Shown here one piece after another: positions 11,741 to 25,433 of a stretch of DNA of 64,000 bases. A program made the position numbers and the translations under genes. The first letter of the stretch is position 1. The number at the start of each line of letters is the position of its first letter. Under the pieces are notes generated by a model, which had not been told where the DNA came from, did not search any database, and saw only the letters and a list, made by a program, of their open reading frames with translations. The stretch is from Adineta vaga (taxonomy: Eukaryota > Animalia > Rotifera): NCBI GenBank assembly GCA_021613535.1, contig CP075492.1:1674001-1738000 (forward strand), read 5' to 3'.

Positions 11741-13520
11741 ATGTGTGTAAATATTGAAAACGTATCTCTAATCATTCTTGTCTTTCATTATCTTTATATA
11801 TATTTAATGTAGTCGAACCAAACTTCACCTGTGGTAGAAAATAAATCAATATCATCATCTGTAAATCAGGCGAAAACAACGGAAAAGTAGACTATGTCTC
11901 TATGAATTATATAATATTTTTTTTCGTTTATGATGTAATAGTTTGTCGAAGAAAAAGATTACAATTATTTCAATATCTATGGCTATTGTATTTATTATAA
12001 TAATAGTTATCGTTTTACCATTAGTATTGAAAAACAACCACGCTGAACTATTATCAGATACCAATAATACTATAACATCCACAACTGGTATGTTTAGATA
12101 AAATTTTTGAAAACGAATCGATTATTAATAATTCATTGAAAAATATCTAAATTTTTCTTTAGTAATGAATTTCAATTCGTCAACTAATATATCATATGAT
12201 TATACAAGTGAATTAACTTCTGAAAGTAAAGTATTTTATCGAATAATGTCATCAAGAAAACATTATTATGAAGCATTAATGATAAATGTATCAATAACTG
12301 GAAACTATACATTGACTAGTATAGGTAATATTGATACGTATGCTTATCTATTCTACAATGATTTTAATCCATTAATGTTATGTCAAAATATCATTCAAGA
12401 AAATGATGATATGAATAATGATAATATAGAATTTCAAATTCAATCGATACTTCAATCTTCTGTAATATATATTTTAATAGTTACAACATATTATTCAAAT
12501 ACAACAGGAAGGTTTTCAATTCTTATTCAAGGTCCTGGAAAAGTTCAAATTGTTCGAATGAATTCTGTTGAATTATCATCAAGTATGATTCATTAAAAAA
12601 TTCTAATAAAATATAAAAGAATAGTTTTAATACCACATATTAAGCTTGATAAAAGTTTCTTTTTTACGTAGAATGATACAGAAAACAAAATTCTCTTTTT
12701 TTTTCTATGCTATTTGATCATACTTCAACCGATATCATACAAATAATATTTCGATAAGTGTTGATGCTATCGCGGTATTCATTATTGAAAAGAAGAGATG
12801 AAAATGCATCTACAGTATGTTTATTCGATTTTTGTAGCGATCGAGAAAATGTTTCTTATTGTAGAAGTGTAATCAAATACTAAAGAAAGAAAGAGAATTT
12901 TTTTCTCTATCATCTGACATAAAAAGAAACTTTTATCAAGATTAATATATGATACTTCTATGTATTTAATAGGCATTATTCCACTGATATATCCTGGTAA
13001 CAGTATATATCCTATATATAATACCACTATGGGCGGTGATAGTACACCATCGGTACCGGGTTCTTCTATCGGTAATTATCCTTCAAGTGAAGGACCTGAA
13101 TATGCAATTGATAATGATACTTCAACGAAATATTTGAATTTTGGTCCATGCATTAATAATGGATATGGAGGTGATACGTGTGGACTAAATACTGGTTTCT
13201 ATATAACTTTACAAAAAGGTTTATCAGTAGTGAAAGCATTTCAAATTTGTGTGGCTAATGATGGTGTTAGACGTGATCCAATGCGAATAACATTAGAAGG
13301 AAGTAATCAATCAGGAATAAATCTTACTTTAGGTACAAGTTGGACTCTTATTTATAATGGATTTACTGATTTAGATATAATTCCATCAAGATTCTCTTGT
13401 TCATTAATGCAATGTATTAATAATTCAATTAGTTACTCAAGTTATCGCTTTCTTGTAACTGATAAACGTGGATCAGAGAATTCTGTCCAGTACTCTGAAA
13501 TTCAATTCTATGGTCATTAA
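11741..13520 (+). CDS. Type II membrane protein with a PPC-like beta-sandwich domain and a C-terminal F5/8 (discoidin)-like domain; multi-exon, start uncertain
   Basis: TM exon about 11942-12087 (ITIISISMAIVFIIIIVIVLPLVL); exon about 12163-12582 (YYEALMINVSITGNYTLTS..DTYAYLF); last exon about 12973-13520 (PEYAIDNDTSTKYLNFG...VQYSEIQFYG); GT-AG introns. Confidence 0.7.
12637..12948. mobile_element. Foldback/MITE-like inverted repeat within an intron
   Basis: Left arm atattaagcttgataaaagtttctttttt...aaaattctctttt pairs with right arm aaagagaattttt...aaaaagaaacttttatcaagattaatat over about 100 imperfect bp. Confidence 0.65.
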
Positions 13521-13580
13521 CACTTTTCCAAATAATTATTGATAAACATTCATCAATTTTTAATCAAATATTCTTTTTTT

Positions 13581-13644
13581 TTTGAGGGTATGAGTGAGAT
13601 TCAAGAGAATATACTCTCACCCTTACATCGCACCCACACCCTAA
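13581..13644. repeat. Telomere-hexamer palindrome, copy 3
   Basis: ttgagggtatgagtgag...ctcacccttacatcgcacccacaccctaa, 60 bp after the stop at 13520. Confidence 0.75.
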
Positions 13645-13685
13645 TATATTTCTTTCCAGATTAATTCAAATAAAAGTTAATCAGT

Positions 13686-14073
13686 TCATTTTCCTATTCG
13701 TTGTTCAATTTGTTTGATTATATCATAAGTGATTGTCGATGGTTTTTGATTGAGAAGTAAATTGAATAGACAAGCAATGTGATTAGCACTGAGTAACTTC
13801 ATTTGATCATTTGAAATCAATGAAGGTGGATTAGCTAATTGATGACATTGTTGTTCGAGTTCAGTCGAAAAATCAATATGAATTGGAGGTATTCCAGATG
13901 TGTATAATCATACATTCCAGTCTACTTTACTTACCTAATGAAAATATTATTCGAAATATTGAATAAAATCATCTGTATTCAGAACTCGATCACGAAATTT
14001 TTGAATATATGAACGAAGAAATTGATCAAAATCAACTTCTGAGCCAACAATATTATGTTCAACTAAATTATAA
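13686..14073 (-). pseudogene. LTA4H: Leukotriene A4 hydrolase (M1 peptidase) fragment with in-frame stops
   Basis: Reads LVEHNIVGSEVDFDQFLRSYIQKFRDRVLNTDDFIQYFE*YFH*VSKVDWNV*LYTSGIPPIHIDFSTELEQQC, matching the LTA4H pattern F..FL+.Y+.KF....+.TDD...VDWN.WLY..G+PP. Confidence 0.7.
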
Positions 14074-15071
14074 TTAATCAAGAAAATTTTTTAAATAATT
14101 CTTCAAATCGTTATGTTTCTGCTTTTGTTTTTGTTTTCTAGTTCGTAAAGTCGTGTTGATTCTCAGAAAAATCTTGGTGAAAACTGCATTATTTTAAAAT
14201 ATATTTCTCAAATGAAAAGAAGACGATTTTCTATTCGTTGTTTTTTCGAACTGTAATAAATAACTATGAAAAGTTTTTCTATGTAATCAAGAAGAACACT
14301 TGTATTTTATTTTATTCGAAAATAAAACCACAAATTAACGAATAAGTTCTTCAAATCCCAATAAATGACTCGCATCTTTTATAATATAATAAAAGAATAA
14401 CTTGTTGAAAGTCATAGTTATGTTTGTCGTAAATGAGATTAAATCTTATGTTTACATGATCAAATTGAAGATTTATTTAAAAAACAAACTCCATGTCTAA
14501 AAAATGAATCGAAGTCTCAACGGCTCAAATAAAATTGATTTAACAGATCGTCGTTCTATATTTAGTTAACCTATGATTACAATACTTCTCAGCTTTATTT
14601 ACCTCAAATTATTTTATAACTTATTCTAGCTTGTACACAATTGAACAATTTACAACGTCATATTCTCTTAATTGGTTATTTATTCATAATAAAATAGATA
14701 AACAAGAAAAAAATTTGCCTCATTTTAAAATGTATGCGAATTATGTTTTACAAATAACCACTATACACGTGTAAAAACGACAATATCATCAGTAGGGTAA
14801 TTTATGATGTATTTAACTTTATCAAAATATCATCAAACTTTTTTGTTCTTTATCAACATCATGACTATAATAAAAGAATAAAAACGACTTGTATATTTTT
14901 ATTTTCTTTTTGAAAAAACATTCGTTTTCATAGATTTCTTCAACAACTTATAGGATTTTATTTATTCTGGATAATTATTATTAATAATAGTTCGTGTTAA
15001 TATTTCGTTTCACATAGATTTAGATCAACCAACAAAGTCAAAAGAACACACATTGATTCTAAGCGAAATTA

Positions 15072-16744
15072 ATGGCAACTAGACAATCCGATGTTATGAA
15101 AAGAATTAAACAAACAGCTATAAATTTAAAAACAAATATTGAACCGATGCAGAATATTATTGTGGTCTGGTTAGACAACAGCAGTATTCATCATAATAAT
15201 CCTAATCTTGAGAATACAATTACACAAATTCATTCTAAGCATCACTGATGTAAAGTATGTATGATCACTTCTGAATCAGTTGGATTATGTATTGTGCCTT
15301 GCATTCATGATATATCTCAAATTGACTCGATTTTGATCGTTTGTGACAACAAGAATCAATCTGAGCAATGGGTTAAAAATTGGTCAAAAATCAAAGGTAC
15401 TTCTATAGACATTGCAATTATTTGTCAAGAATTAAAACAAATAGTTCGTCAATGTGAACAAAACACTATACCCATCAGTTTTGTGGCACCGAGAAAGAAA
15501 TTAAATCTATTGGATCCTTTGTTTATGTATACGCAACTTATGAAAGAAATATTATTAACTATTTAAATTTGACGATACACACATAAGAGAGTTCGTTAAT
15601 TATTACTGTGATACATTTGTTGATAATGAAAATCAATTGAGTAAAGTTAAGCAATTTGTGAGCAAGTATCGTGAGAAAACGCCGATATGGTGGTATACGA
15701 CAGAGGAATTTCTATATAGGATGATGAATCGTGCTTTAAGAATGATGAATGGAGAAGTTATTACATTGATGGGTTTCTTTATCACTGATCTTCATCGATA
15801 TATAGAGGAACTACATAAACAGCAATACAGTAATCATCATTCTATTGAAGGTTTCATAGTTTATCGTGGTCAATGTCTATCAAAGAAAGATTTCAATGAA
15901 CTAGTGCAGTCTAAAGGTGGATTAATGTCATTTAATAATTTCTTATCCACCAGTAAGGATCGTAATGATTTTCTACTTTTCGCTCCAACTAATGCAAAGA
16001 ATCTTGATGTAATGAGCGTTCTTTTTATTATTAGAATTGATCCTAATCAATCAACAACACCATTTGCTTCAGTAAGCGGCTTAGGCAACTTTGAAGAAGA
16101 AAGTGAAGTTCTCTTTTCGATGCATACCATCTTTCGTATAGATGATATCAAACAATCAGATGAAACCAAACAATTCTTTGAAGTGAACTTGTTACTTACT
16201 TGTGATACCGATGAAGAACTGTACAGGCTAGGTTCCGTGCTGTCTGAACTTGATCAATCTAACACCGCTGAACGAATCTATAAAGTTTTACTTTCTCAGA
16301 CAATCGATGACAGTGAAGTGGCATTTATTTATGATGAACTCGGTTCGATCAAACGTTCCCAAGGGCAATATAAAGAAGCAATGCTACTCCATAAAAAAGC
16401 TGTGGAAAAGAAATTGCAATCACTTCCTTCCAATCATCCTGATGTGGCTGCAACCTACAGCAATATTGGCATAGTGTACTCCAGCATGGAAGATTATTCA
16501 AAAGCACTTTCATCACATATACAAGCCCTTACAATTCGACAAAAATCACTTCCTTCTAACCATCATGATATAGGATCATCGTACAACAACATGGGCATGG
16601 TGTATTACAATATGGGCGAATATAAAGAAAGCGTTTTTATTATGCACATGTGTCCTAGAAATTGGACAGCAAATATTATTACCAAACCATCATGAAGTAC
16701 AGATGTATCGGAAAAACGTCGAAAATATAAAAAGGAAATTGTAA
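15072..16744 (+). pseudogene. ADP-ribosyltransferase (R-S-E clade) + TPR protein, disrupted
   Basis: Motifs VYRGQ, FNNFLSTS, EESEVLF followed by TPRs (HPDVAATYSNIG); internal deletion/frameshift near 15240, +1 frameshift near 15563, frameshift near 16625; family-type end QMYRKNVENIKRKL* at 16744. Confidence 0.8.
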
Positions 16745-17251
16745 CTTTTATTTGTTTATTATATCTTTTTTCTCTTACATTGTCGTTCTTACCTTTCTGT
16801 TCTATATAATTTTTTGAGGGTAAGCGAGTGTGAAAGTATGTGAGGTTGATGATAAGAGTCTGAAATTGAGAATAAATCTTAGCGAAAGAAGCTTTGATAG
16901 TTCCTTTTTTTTGGTAGAAGGATGTAATCCAAACTGTCATTCTATACTATGCATGGCGAAATATGAAGAGATTAGAAACGGAAAATTTTCAAGCACATTG
17001 CTATCTCTCTTCTATAATTTTGCAATAGGTGACACTGTCAATATAGACATTTCTAAATTGTCCTCGGGCACCCCTGCTAGTTTTGAATAAACATGTGACA
17101 AGTGAAGAATAGAATAAGATATCATATCGAACTGTTCTTTGGTTGAATAACAACATTGTATTATATTAAAGAAAGTTCTGAACAAACACTGTTATCTATT
17201 GCTATAAAAGACTTATGATATTAAACAGAAAATTCATTTTCATCTTAGAGA

Positions 17252-19460
17252 ATGTTAACTACACAAGATAAAACTCGAATGAAATTAAATTATGTAACAG
17301 TCAATACTGGGCAACCTGATGATCATTGTGAAATATCAAAGTGCGACTTTTATCAATTAATCTACACGAATTTTCCACATGTTTTGTTTTTCATAGGTCA
17401 ACACGTTCGAATGCTTTTCAATTCACTCGTCAGAAAGCTTTCTATTTATTTTTAATTTTATTTCTTATCGTTGGTGGAATCATTACGACCGTAATCGTTT
17501 CTCAATCAAGAAGAGATGAAGTACATCCTGTATTACGACGTGGTTCAATAGATGTTAGTATCTGACTATTATTTTTGATTATTTCTTATTTTGTTTTTAA
17601 ATTTAGAATAAATATAAATCATCAGAAAGACTTGGTCATATGAATATTTATATGCGTAAAGAAAATAGAGGTGGTAATGGGCAACGACCTAAACCACTTC
17701 GTTTTCCTGTTGCTCGTTATAATCGCAACCAACTTCGTATATTTAATTAAAAATCTTTTCATCTTCTTTTTCATTATTATTTCTTTATTCTTAGCTTTAC
17801 ATGGTCCATTTCTTAGTTTTATGCCTTCAATTCCAATGTTTGTCGATCGATTAACTAAACAAACAATCATTTTTTCACCTAGTGGTGGTAGTCAGTATTC
17901 CGACTTTTGTTTATTATTCATTTCTTTTTGTCTTTCCTTTATATAGCTTATATAATACCACCATTAATCAATTTTTATGGTAAAATGTATTCAGTCGCAG
18001 AATTAATTGCATATGGATATGCAAGTTTAGTTAGTAGTGGTGTTCCACCTATTCCTCCAATGAATTTCTTACCTTATTTTCAACCAACACCATGTTTGTT
18101 ATTTTTCTAATCATCTTTTCTTTTTTCATATATCTTGCATTCTATTTATTTAGTATATGGTCCAGATATACCAAGAATAAATCCAATGACTGGCAGTTTT
18201 AGTGATGGTGTTCGAACAAATTATCATTCATTTAAAATTCCAAAATATGAAAGTTCCAATTATGAATCATCAGAAGAAGAAAATTATAATGATGAAGATC
18301 ATTATGATCGACGACCTAAATATCGTGAACGAAATGATAGAAGACCACGTTATCGTGTACCAGATAAACAGGAAAAAGATTCTGATAAAGTTTGCAATAT
18401 AAAATTTAGTTCACCTGTTTCATATGCACCAGATGAGGATGCAGAAACTGTATATGTTTACGATTTTAATAATGATAAAATTGATGATATTGTTGCACTT
18501 TATTACAAAATAAGTAAGATGAGTATTTTATTGGGTAAAGGTGATGGAAAGTTTAAAGACCCAATTTGGATTTCCACAGGTGATAATTCTGGCCCATATG
18601 AATTGAGTGCTGCTGACATTAATCATGACAATAAGCTCGATATTGTAATAAGTAATTATGATGGAAATAATATTGCAATATATCTTGGTAATGGAAAAGG
18701 AAATTTTGATCTTTATAAAACTTATAATACAGGTGAAGATTCAAATCCACTGGGAGTTACTCTTGCTGACATTAATGATGACAATGATTTAGATTTATTA
18801 GTTAGTTGTTATACAGCAAATAATGTACAAATTTATCTTGGAAAAGGTAATGGTGAATTTAGTCATCATGAAACATATGAAACAGGTGCTAGTTCAGGTC
18901 CAGCAATAATTGTTGTTGATGATTTTAATAAAGATCGCAAATTAGATTTTGCTCTTACTCATTTTGGTTCAAATGAAATTGTTATTTATTTTGGTAAAGG
19001 CAATGGAGATTTTATTAAAAAATATACTTATGAAACAGGTGACGGTCCATACAATCCAGTTTTAGGTGACTTTAATTATGATGGAAAAATTGATATGGCA
19101 ACAGGAAATTATCGAAGTAATACAACAAATATTTTTCATGGACAAGGTAATGGAAAATTTGAACTTAAATATACTTTATCAACTGGAAAAGATTCAATGC
19201 CGTATTCAATTGCTGCAACTGATTTTAATAATGATAAGATATTAGATCTTGTTGTTGCAAATTCGAATATGGATGCTGTAGGAATTTTCCTTGGAATCGG
19301 TAATGGAAATTTTAAAAAGGTGCAATATGTTCAAAATGGTGATAATACGAATCCATATACAGCTGCTGTTGGCGATTTTAATCGAGATGGTTTATCAGAT
19401 ATTGTTACAGCAAATTTTCAAAGTGGAGATGTGAGAGTATTATTAAATAAATGTTCATAA
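17252..19460 (+). CDS. Type II membrane FG-GAP/VCBS-repeat (integrin-alpha-like beta-propeller) protein, multi-exon
   Basis: TM exon FYLFLILFLIVGGIITTVIV; several ~55-60 bp introns; last exon has seven D(F/I)N.D...D repeats with LG.G.G.F. Confidence 0.85.
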
Positions 19461-19473
19461 AATGAACATTCAG

Positions 19474-19523
19474 CATTTGAAGGGTGTGGGTACCTATCCT
19501 CTCTTATGCATCACACACACACA
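19474..19523. repeat. Telomere-hexamer palindrome, copy 4 (right arm decayed to CA repeat)
   Basis: catttgaagggtgtgggt...cacacacacac, 14 bp after the stop at 19460. Confidence 0.55.
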
Positions 19524-19761
19524 TTATATGTTATTTCGATAAAAATAAAAATATAATTTCTTTTTACGCATTAACTTGAATATTTCTTTAAAAATAATTG
19601 ACACGAAGATATATCGACGTTTTTCTTTAACTTCAATTTATAATATCTTATGCTTTCTTGAACATTAAAATCTCGAGTTTTCAAAAACTGGATCTCATGC
19701 TCGTTTGTGGAGAGTATAAAATGACTATAGAGTACAAAAAACAACATTGCACTTATTCATT

Positions 19762-21504
19762 ATGATATTAGTTCATAATTTTACACTATGTCTTAGTCTA
19801 ATAATGAGTAAACAGATTTCAGGTAAAACAAATTGAATTAAGATTATTATGATATTGCCTTCCGATTCATTCTTCGCAGGAGCAGATAATTGGAATTACG
19901 AGCAGATCATAATAGAACTTGTCGTTATTCTTATGAAAAACCAATAAACATAATATAATATTTCTTTCTATTTCAGCTGTTTTCTACAATTAGCCAAAAT
20001 TCTGTCCTAATGCAACATGGAGTCCAAATGCGACAACGTTTTCAGATTCTAATTTAGTTGGTTCACGTCCGTTTGGTCTATTTATCAATAATTATGATCA
20101 TATTTATGTGGCAAATAGAGCTGATGGTTTGATTCGAATTTGGCTAAATGGAAGTAGTAATGTAACAATGACAATTTTCACAAATATTGTATCACCATTG
20201 AGTGTTTTTGTTACAAATCAAGATGATATTTAAATTGATAATGGTGATGTCAATGGTCTTGTAAATAAACTTACATTAAATACATCAATGAGTTCTTTAA
20301 TAATGTCTATTGGTAAAGCATGTTTTGGTCTATTTATTGACGTTAATAATATTATCTATTGTTCAATACGTGATCTTAATCAAGTTGTTGCAAGATCATT
20401 GAATAGTAATTCATACATTGTTAAAGTTGTGGCTGATACAAAATGCTCTGGTTCTACACCAGATATGCTCAACTCTCCAGCTGGAATCTTTGTCAATAAA
20501 AATCTCGACTTGTACGTAGCAGATTGTGGTAATAATCGAATTCAACTATTTCAAACAGGGCAATCAATAACAACAACAATAGCAGGATTTGGATCAACAA
20601 ATATTACCACACTTAATTGTCCCTTGGATGTCGTTCTTGATGCGAATAATTATTTGTTTATTGTCAATAGTAATAATCATCGTATCGTTGGTTCAGGTCC
20701 TTCTGGTTTTCGATGGATAATAGGATGTTCAGGTTCGGGTGGTTCAGCGCTCGATCAATTGTTGTTTCCATCAACATTGAGTTTCGATACCTATGGAAAT
20801 ATATTCATTGTTGATTTAGGCAATAATCGAATTCAAAAATTTACTTTATTATCAGATTCATCCGGTAAGTAAACACATTATTTTGAACTGAATGGAAAGA
20901 TATGATAGATTAAGAAACAATAACACTTTTGTCAGATAAGCTATGTGATATATCGATTAATTGCAGATCAAACTACATTGAAAGTCATTCCAACGACAAT
21001 TGCTTTAATAACAACCCAACTTCGAAAAGGTTTTTTCGATTCTTTATAACGTTTATAAAATAACTTAGTTTTAGTAGATGTTACTTCTATGAATATAATC
21101 ACAACAAAAACTATACAAAATACGGCTACAACTCGAAAAGATTTGTTGGACGAAACCACAGCACAGACTGCAACAACAATGAAAGACATTGTTTTCACAG
21201 GTGAAACGATAACAAAAAACTTCTACAGATGTCACAACTACACCAACAGGTTCGTTTATTTAACACTGTTTAGACGAGTAAATACTTAAACCTATCTGTT
21301 CCTTTTACAGATACAACAACTCCGAACAATACGGCACAAATTTCAAAAGGTTTGCATATTCTGAATATTACATATATTTCCTTGTCTTTTTTTATAGTCT
21401 ATTTAGGAATTATATTGTTTTTGCATCTTTATTTTCCTGAATGGATCACTCTTATCACATCACAAATTGCGTCAATTCTAATTTGTGATATTCTTCTTTG
21501 TTGA
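19762..21504 (+). pseudogene. Secreted/membrane NHL-repeat protein with Thr-rich stalk; two nonsense codons
   Basis: YN*PKFCPNATWSPNATTF (TAG 19991-19993) and DDI*IDNG (TAA 20231-20233); NHL repeats LYVADCGNNRIQLF and IFIVDLGNNRIQKF; hydrophobic last exon. Confidence 0.75.
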
Positions 21505-21704
21505 GTGTGAAGACATGGATACTATCATTCCTATAGTCACATCGAACCTATTCATCATCAATTAAAAACTATGTCAAGAGCATAAAGCTGATTTAATTAT
21601 TTTCTTCGTTCATTTTATATCAATTTTGATTCTTAAAAATAAAATAAATGTGGAAAAAAATGTCAAAGTATTGTTCAAGATAATTGAAAACTTTTCGTTT
21701 TTTT

Positions 21705-24206
21705 TTAATTAAGAATGCGTTTCATCCGTTGTTTGTGTCGACTTTTCGCTTGAATATTAACTGGATTAAATGTATGGGAGAGTTTAGTAAATGCAGCATA
21801 CATTGCCAGACCATGAATAGGCATTAATATAACTAGGAAAACAGCTGTCATTAGTCCTACAGTTGACTTACATGCATCTTCCTATTCGATTGATTTACAT
21901 ATAACTAATCATATTCAAAATAAAATAAATAACTTACAAAATCTCTTGGATACATGACAGCAACTGTTGATTCAGTGGTTACACCTGATGTTGTTGGACC
22001 TGCTGTTGTCGGAGCTATAAAAAAAGAAATAAAAATTTAAATGATAATAATAACAAAAAAAACAGATCTTCCTACCAGCTGTAGTTGGAGGTGAAGTTGT
22101 GGCAGTTGTTCCATTAGTTGTAATAAGAGCTGTTGTTGTTACTACAATACCAGTTGTTGTTAACTATCGATATACAGAATAGTATTTAGATGTATATGAA
22201 TAAACTTACGAGAGTATTGATACTAGTTGTTGATGTTGGTTTTGTTGTCACTGTTATTGTTGTAAATGGTGTTGTTGTTGTCGTGGTTGTACTTGAAACA
22301 GCTGGATTCCAAATATTAAATCGCCAAAATGTTTTATCACGAATTGGTGCTGATTCAGCATCTTTTAAATTTCAAGTCATTTGATAAACTTCATTCTTAT
22401 GAAAAATAAAAGCAAAAACTTACGACAAAAAACACTTCCACTTGCAAATCCACTATCCATTGTTACATAGTAGAATGCACCGGGTGTCCATGTGTAATTT
22501 GTAATAATGACAATTGTATATCCAGTATAAATAATATTTTGGTGAATATCCCGCATCATAACACAGAACTGATGCGTTTGTAGTATCATCGTTAAAACAG
22601 ATTTTTGTGTCATCACGAGATGGACGACCTACGGAGCCTGTTGCTAAAAAGAATAATCATAATAAAAGATTAAAAAACCAAACATAAAATTTACCTTGAA
22701 TTGAAAACTTAGTCTGATTTTGAAAGACAGTACCAAATGGACTTGCTGATCCTTGTACAACTTTTGGAAGAATAAGATCTGGCGATGTATAATCAACTAA
22801 ATATGTTATACACCATGGATCTGATTGTAGACTACTATTGTCGACAGCACCAGCACAAAAACCTTGAGGACCAGCTTGTGACTGGAGTGGTGTCCATGTC
22901 AATGTCATCGTTCATATATCTTCAAATGCAAAAGTTTTTCTCATTCTTATTACTGATAAGAATCAATTACTTACTAGTACTTGGATTACTAATCGTACTA
23001 TGTATCATTCCAAGTGGTGAACTAGTAACAAAATCAACAATAGTTTGACCGGGACAATATGTTTGTACAACTATAGTTTCATTGAATTGAACACCTGCGA
23101 TAAACATTGAAAATATAAGAAAAAAAAGTTTGATCAATTGTACTTACCAACTGGAACTCCAATACAAGCTGAAAGAAATTAAATAAAAACAGACGAAGTA
23201 TTGAATATTTGAGGTTAAGTGAAAAATATATTCATACCTCTGTTTGGACGATTACCAATGATTGCAGGACGTTGTGCACATGCACCACCAGAAGGTGTAT
23301 ATCCATAGAATAGAAATACTACTGGAATTGAACTCATTGGATTCACAGCAAAACTATCATAATAATCTTCAATTTGAATAGAACATGCATAATAGATATT
23401 GGCAGTTGGTAGAGTAAAAGATAATGTACAATTGGATCCAGTTAGTACAGTTCCAGACGGTAATGCACTACAAACACCTGCGCATTCATCTGCTCGATTG
23501 TAATTTGTTCCACTATTTGAATTTGACCAACGACATGACAATACATCAGTGCCATCATTATCTGCCATTTGTATGACATGGGTAATTCGTTGACCTATGG
23601 GATAGAATACAACCGGTAATGTCGTTGTAACAGGACTTGTATTGATAAAACCATCAGGTCTTAAACCTAAATTCAGTCGATTAATAACTGACCAATATCC
23701 AGTAGTGTCAATATAAAGAGCACTCAACCATGCATTTCCTGTAAAACCCATTGTAATCGATGTTGTCAATGGTAATGTCACTAAATCGTAACGTTCACCA
23801 CCCCATGATGAAATAATTGGAAGTATGTTACAATCTGTTGTCTTCACAACAATTGAAAGTCCAGAATAAGTGGAACTTGAACAATTTGCCATACATCCCA
23901 TAGTGCCGGTAACTGGAATAGACATTTGTGCAGTAACATCTGCTTCCGTACAATAAGGTGGACCACCAAAATAGGTCGCTTTTCGATCAAAAAAATATCT
24001 TTGATGTATGAGAATTTGTGCACTACTGCCTGATGGTGTGCTATTCAATGGACGCCTGAAAAGTAGAACATTCAGCGTTAAACTAGAGATAAGATAGAAA
24101 GAAATTAGACTAACCATGAAATAATACCACCACGAAAATGTGATCCATCAATGATATTATATAATGAACACAAGACTAACAATGAAAGACAAAAATGTTG
24201 TCCCAT
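21705..24206 (-). CDS. Type I membrane 'integrin beta-like/Sib-like' adhesion protein (SHFRGG..W family) with Thr-rich stalk and C-terminal TM, multi-exon
   Basis: Signal peptide MGQHFCLSLLVLCSLYNIIDG-SHFRGGIISW/RPLN; RPDGFINTSPVT, DNDGTDVLSCRWS, QIEDY motifs; last exon TM and TAA at 21705-21707. Confidence 0.75.
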
Positions 24207-24772
24207 TCTGTTGGTATGTAGCTGTTGTTTTGATTAACGCTTTGTATTATAAAATGCAGCAACTAAATTGTTGTGAAATAAAAACTGATGTTTGTATTCG
24301 CTTTTTTATACGAGTAAACTAATTCACCAGTGAACTCTCCATCGAAAAAGTGCATTCGTCTGATGTGATACGAAACGTTTACCTGACAAATATCGCAAAA
24401 CAAACAAACTGACACTTCACTTTATTTTTTCTCATAACTATAATGCAAGAAAGTTATGAAAACATAAAAAGTCTTTTTGTTCTCTGTTTTAGTTGCTTCT
24501 ACACACTTTTGTCATGAAAAATAAACACATACAGAGTTATTTATAAGCTTCACTTAGAAACCATGTAACTCTGAAACGCAAATTGAATGCATTCATTCTG
24601 TATTTGCATTAAGAAACCGTGAGTAGGAATGCGCAGTGTCGGTTTACTGATCACCGCCATCACTAATACAGAACATGAACTGGTTACTCTTAAAATCGCG
24701 GTAAAGAGATTATATTCGCATTAAAAGATTGTGTTTATTGTAACATTACCATCTCTATTGAGTAGTGTCACA

Positions 24773-24842
24773 TCACATATCCCGCAGATCGGGGATGGCG
24801 GGATATGCATCTCTCGCCATTCCCGATCCTCAGGATATGTGA
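24773..24842. repeat. GC-rich 70-bp near-perfect palindrome
   Basis: tcacatatcccgcagatcggggatggcgggatATG|CATctctcgccattcccgatcctcaggatatgtga; about 31 of 35 positions pair when G-T pairs are counted. Confidence 0.8.
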
Positions 24843-25380
24843 CAGTGCTGCAAAAAAGAGGAAAAAAAGAAAAGCAAAGTTTTATCATGTCTCGAAAAAT
24901 GTTTTATATATATTTTTTACAGTTACACATCATTTGTACATTTTATAAAATTGATTTAAGAGTCATCAAACAAATATACGTTTCATATCTATATTTTCAA
25001 AGTCATGAATAGAATGGAATGATGAGTAGACAGTATTTGGTACAAAATGTTCATGTTATTTTGCATACAAGTCCAATTTCACATTAGTCGGCTTCAATGG
25101 TTTTTATAATTTTGTCTTTGACAATTTCTACCAATCTTGATGCACAGGTATGAGCACAGGATGTTGTGCCGATAGATACAATGGAAATACCGACAATGAT
25201 TGATAGAAGACCAAGAGCAATGATACCAAAACTAATTAACATCGAACGAAACGCCAATTCTCCATCTAGAATGTTCCATATGACTGACGTCGGTTTGAGT
25301 ATTCAATTGATTGCACATATGCGACAGAAAATTTGGAAGATTCTAATTAGAGTATTGCTTGAATAATTTATACGTATTAA

Positions 25381-25433
25381 TTTAGGATGTGGGTGAGGGT
25401 ACTAGATCCATCTAACGCCCACACTCTCATTAA
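25381..25433. repeat. Telomere-hexamer palindrome, copy 5
   Basis: ttaggatgtgggtgagggt...gcccacactctca. Confidence 0.65.

Noticed and set aside
16800-17090. Short overlapping ORFs (16605 minus, 16830 plus)
   Set aside because: No motif or splice support; cannot be assigned.
25008-25370. Possible gene fragment with a hydrophobic stretch on the minus strand
   Set aside because: Stops in all frames examined and no recognisable motif.
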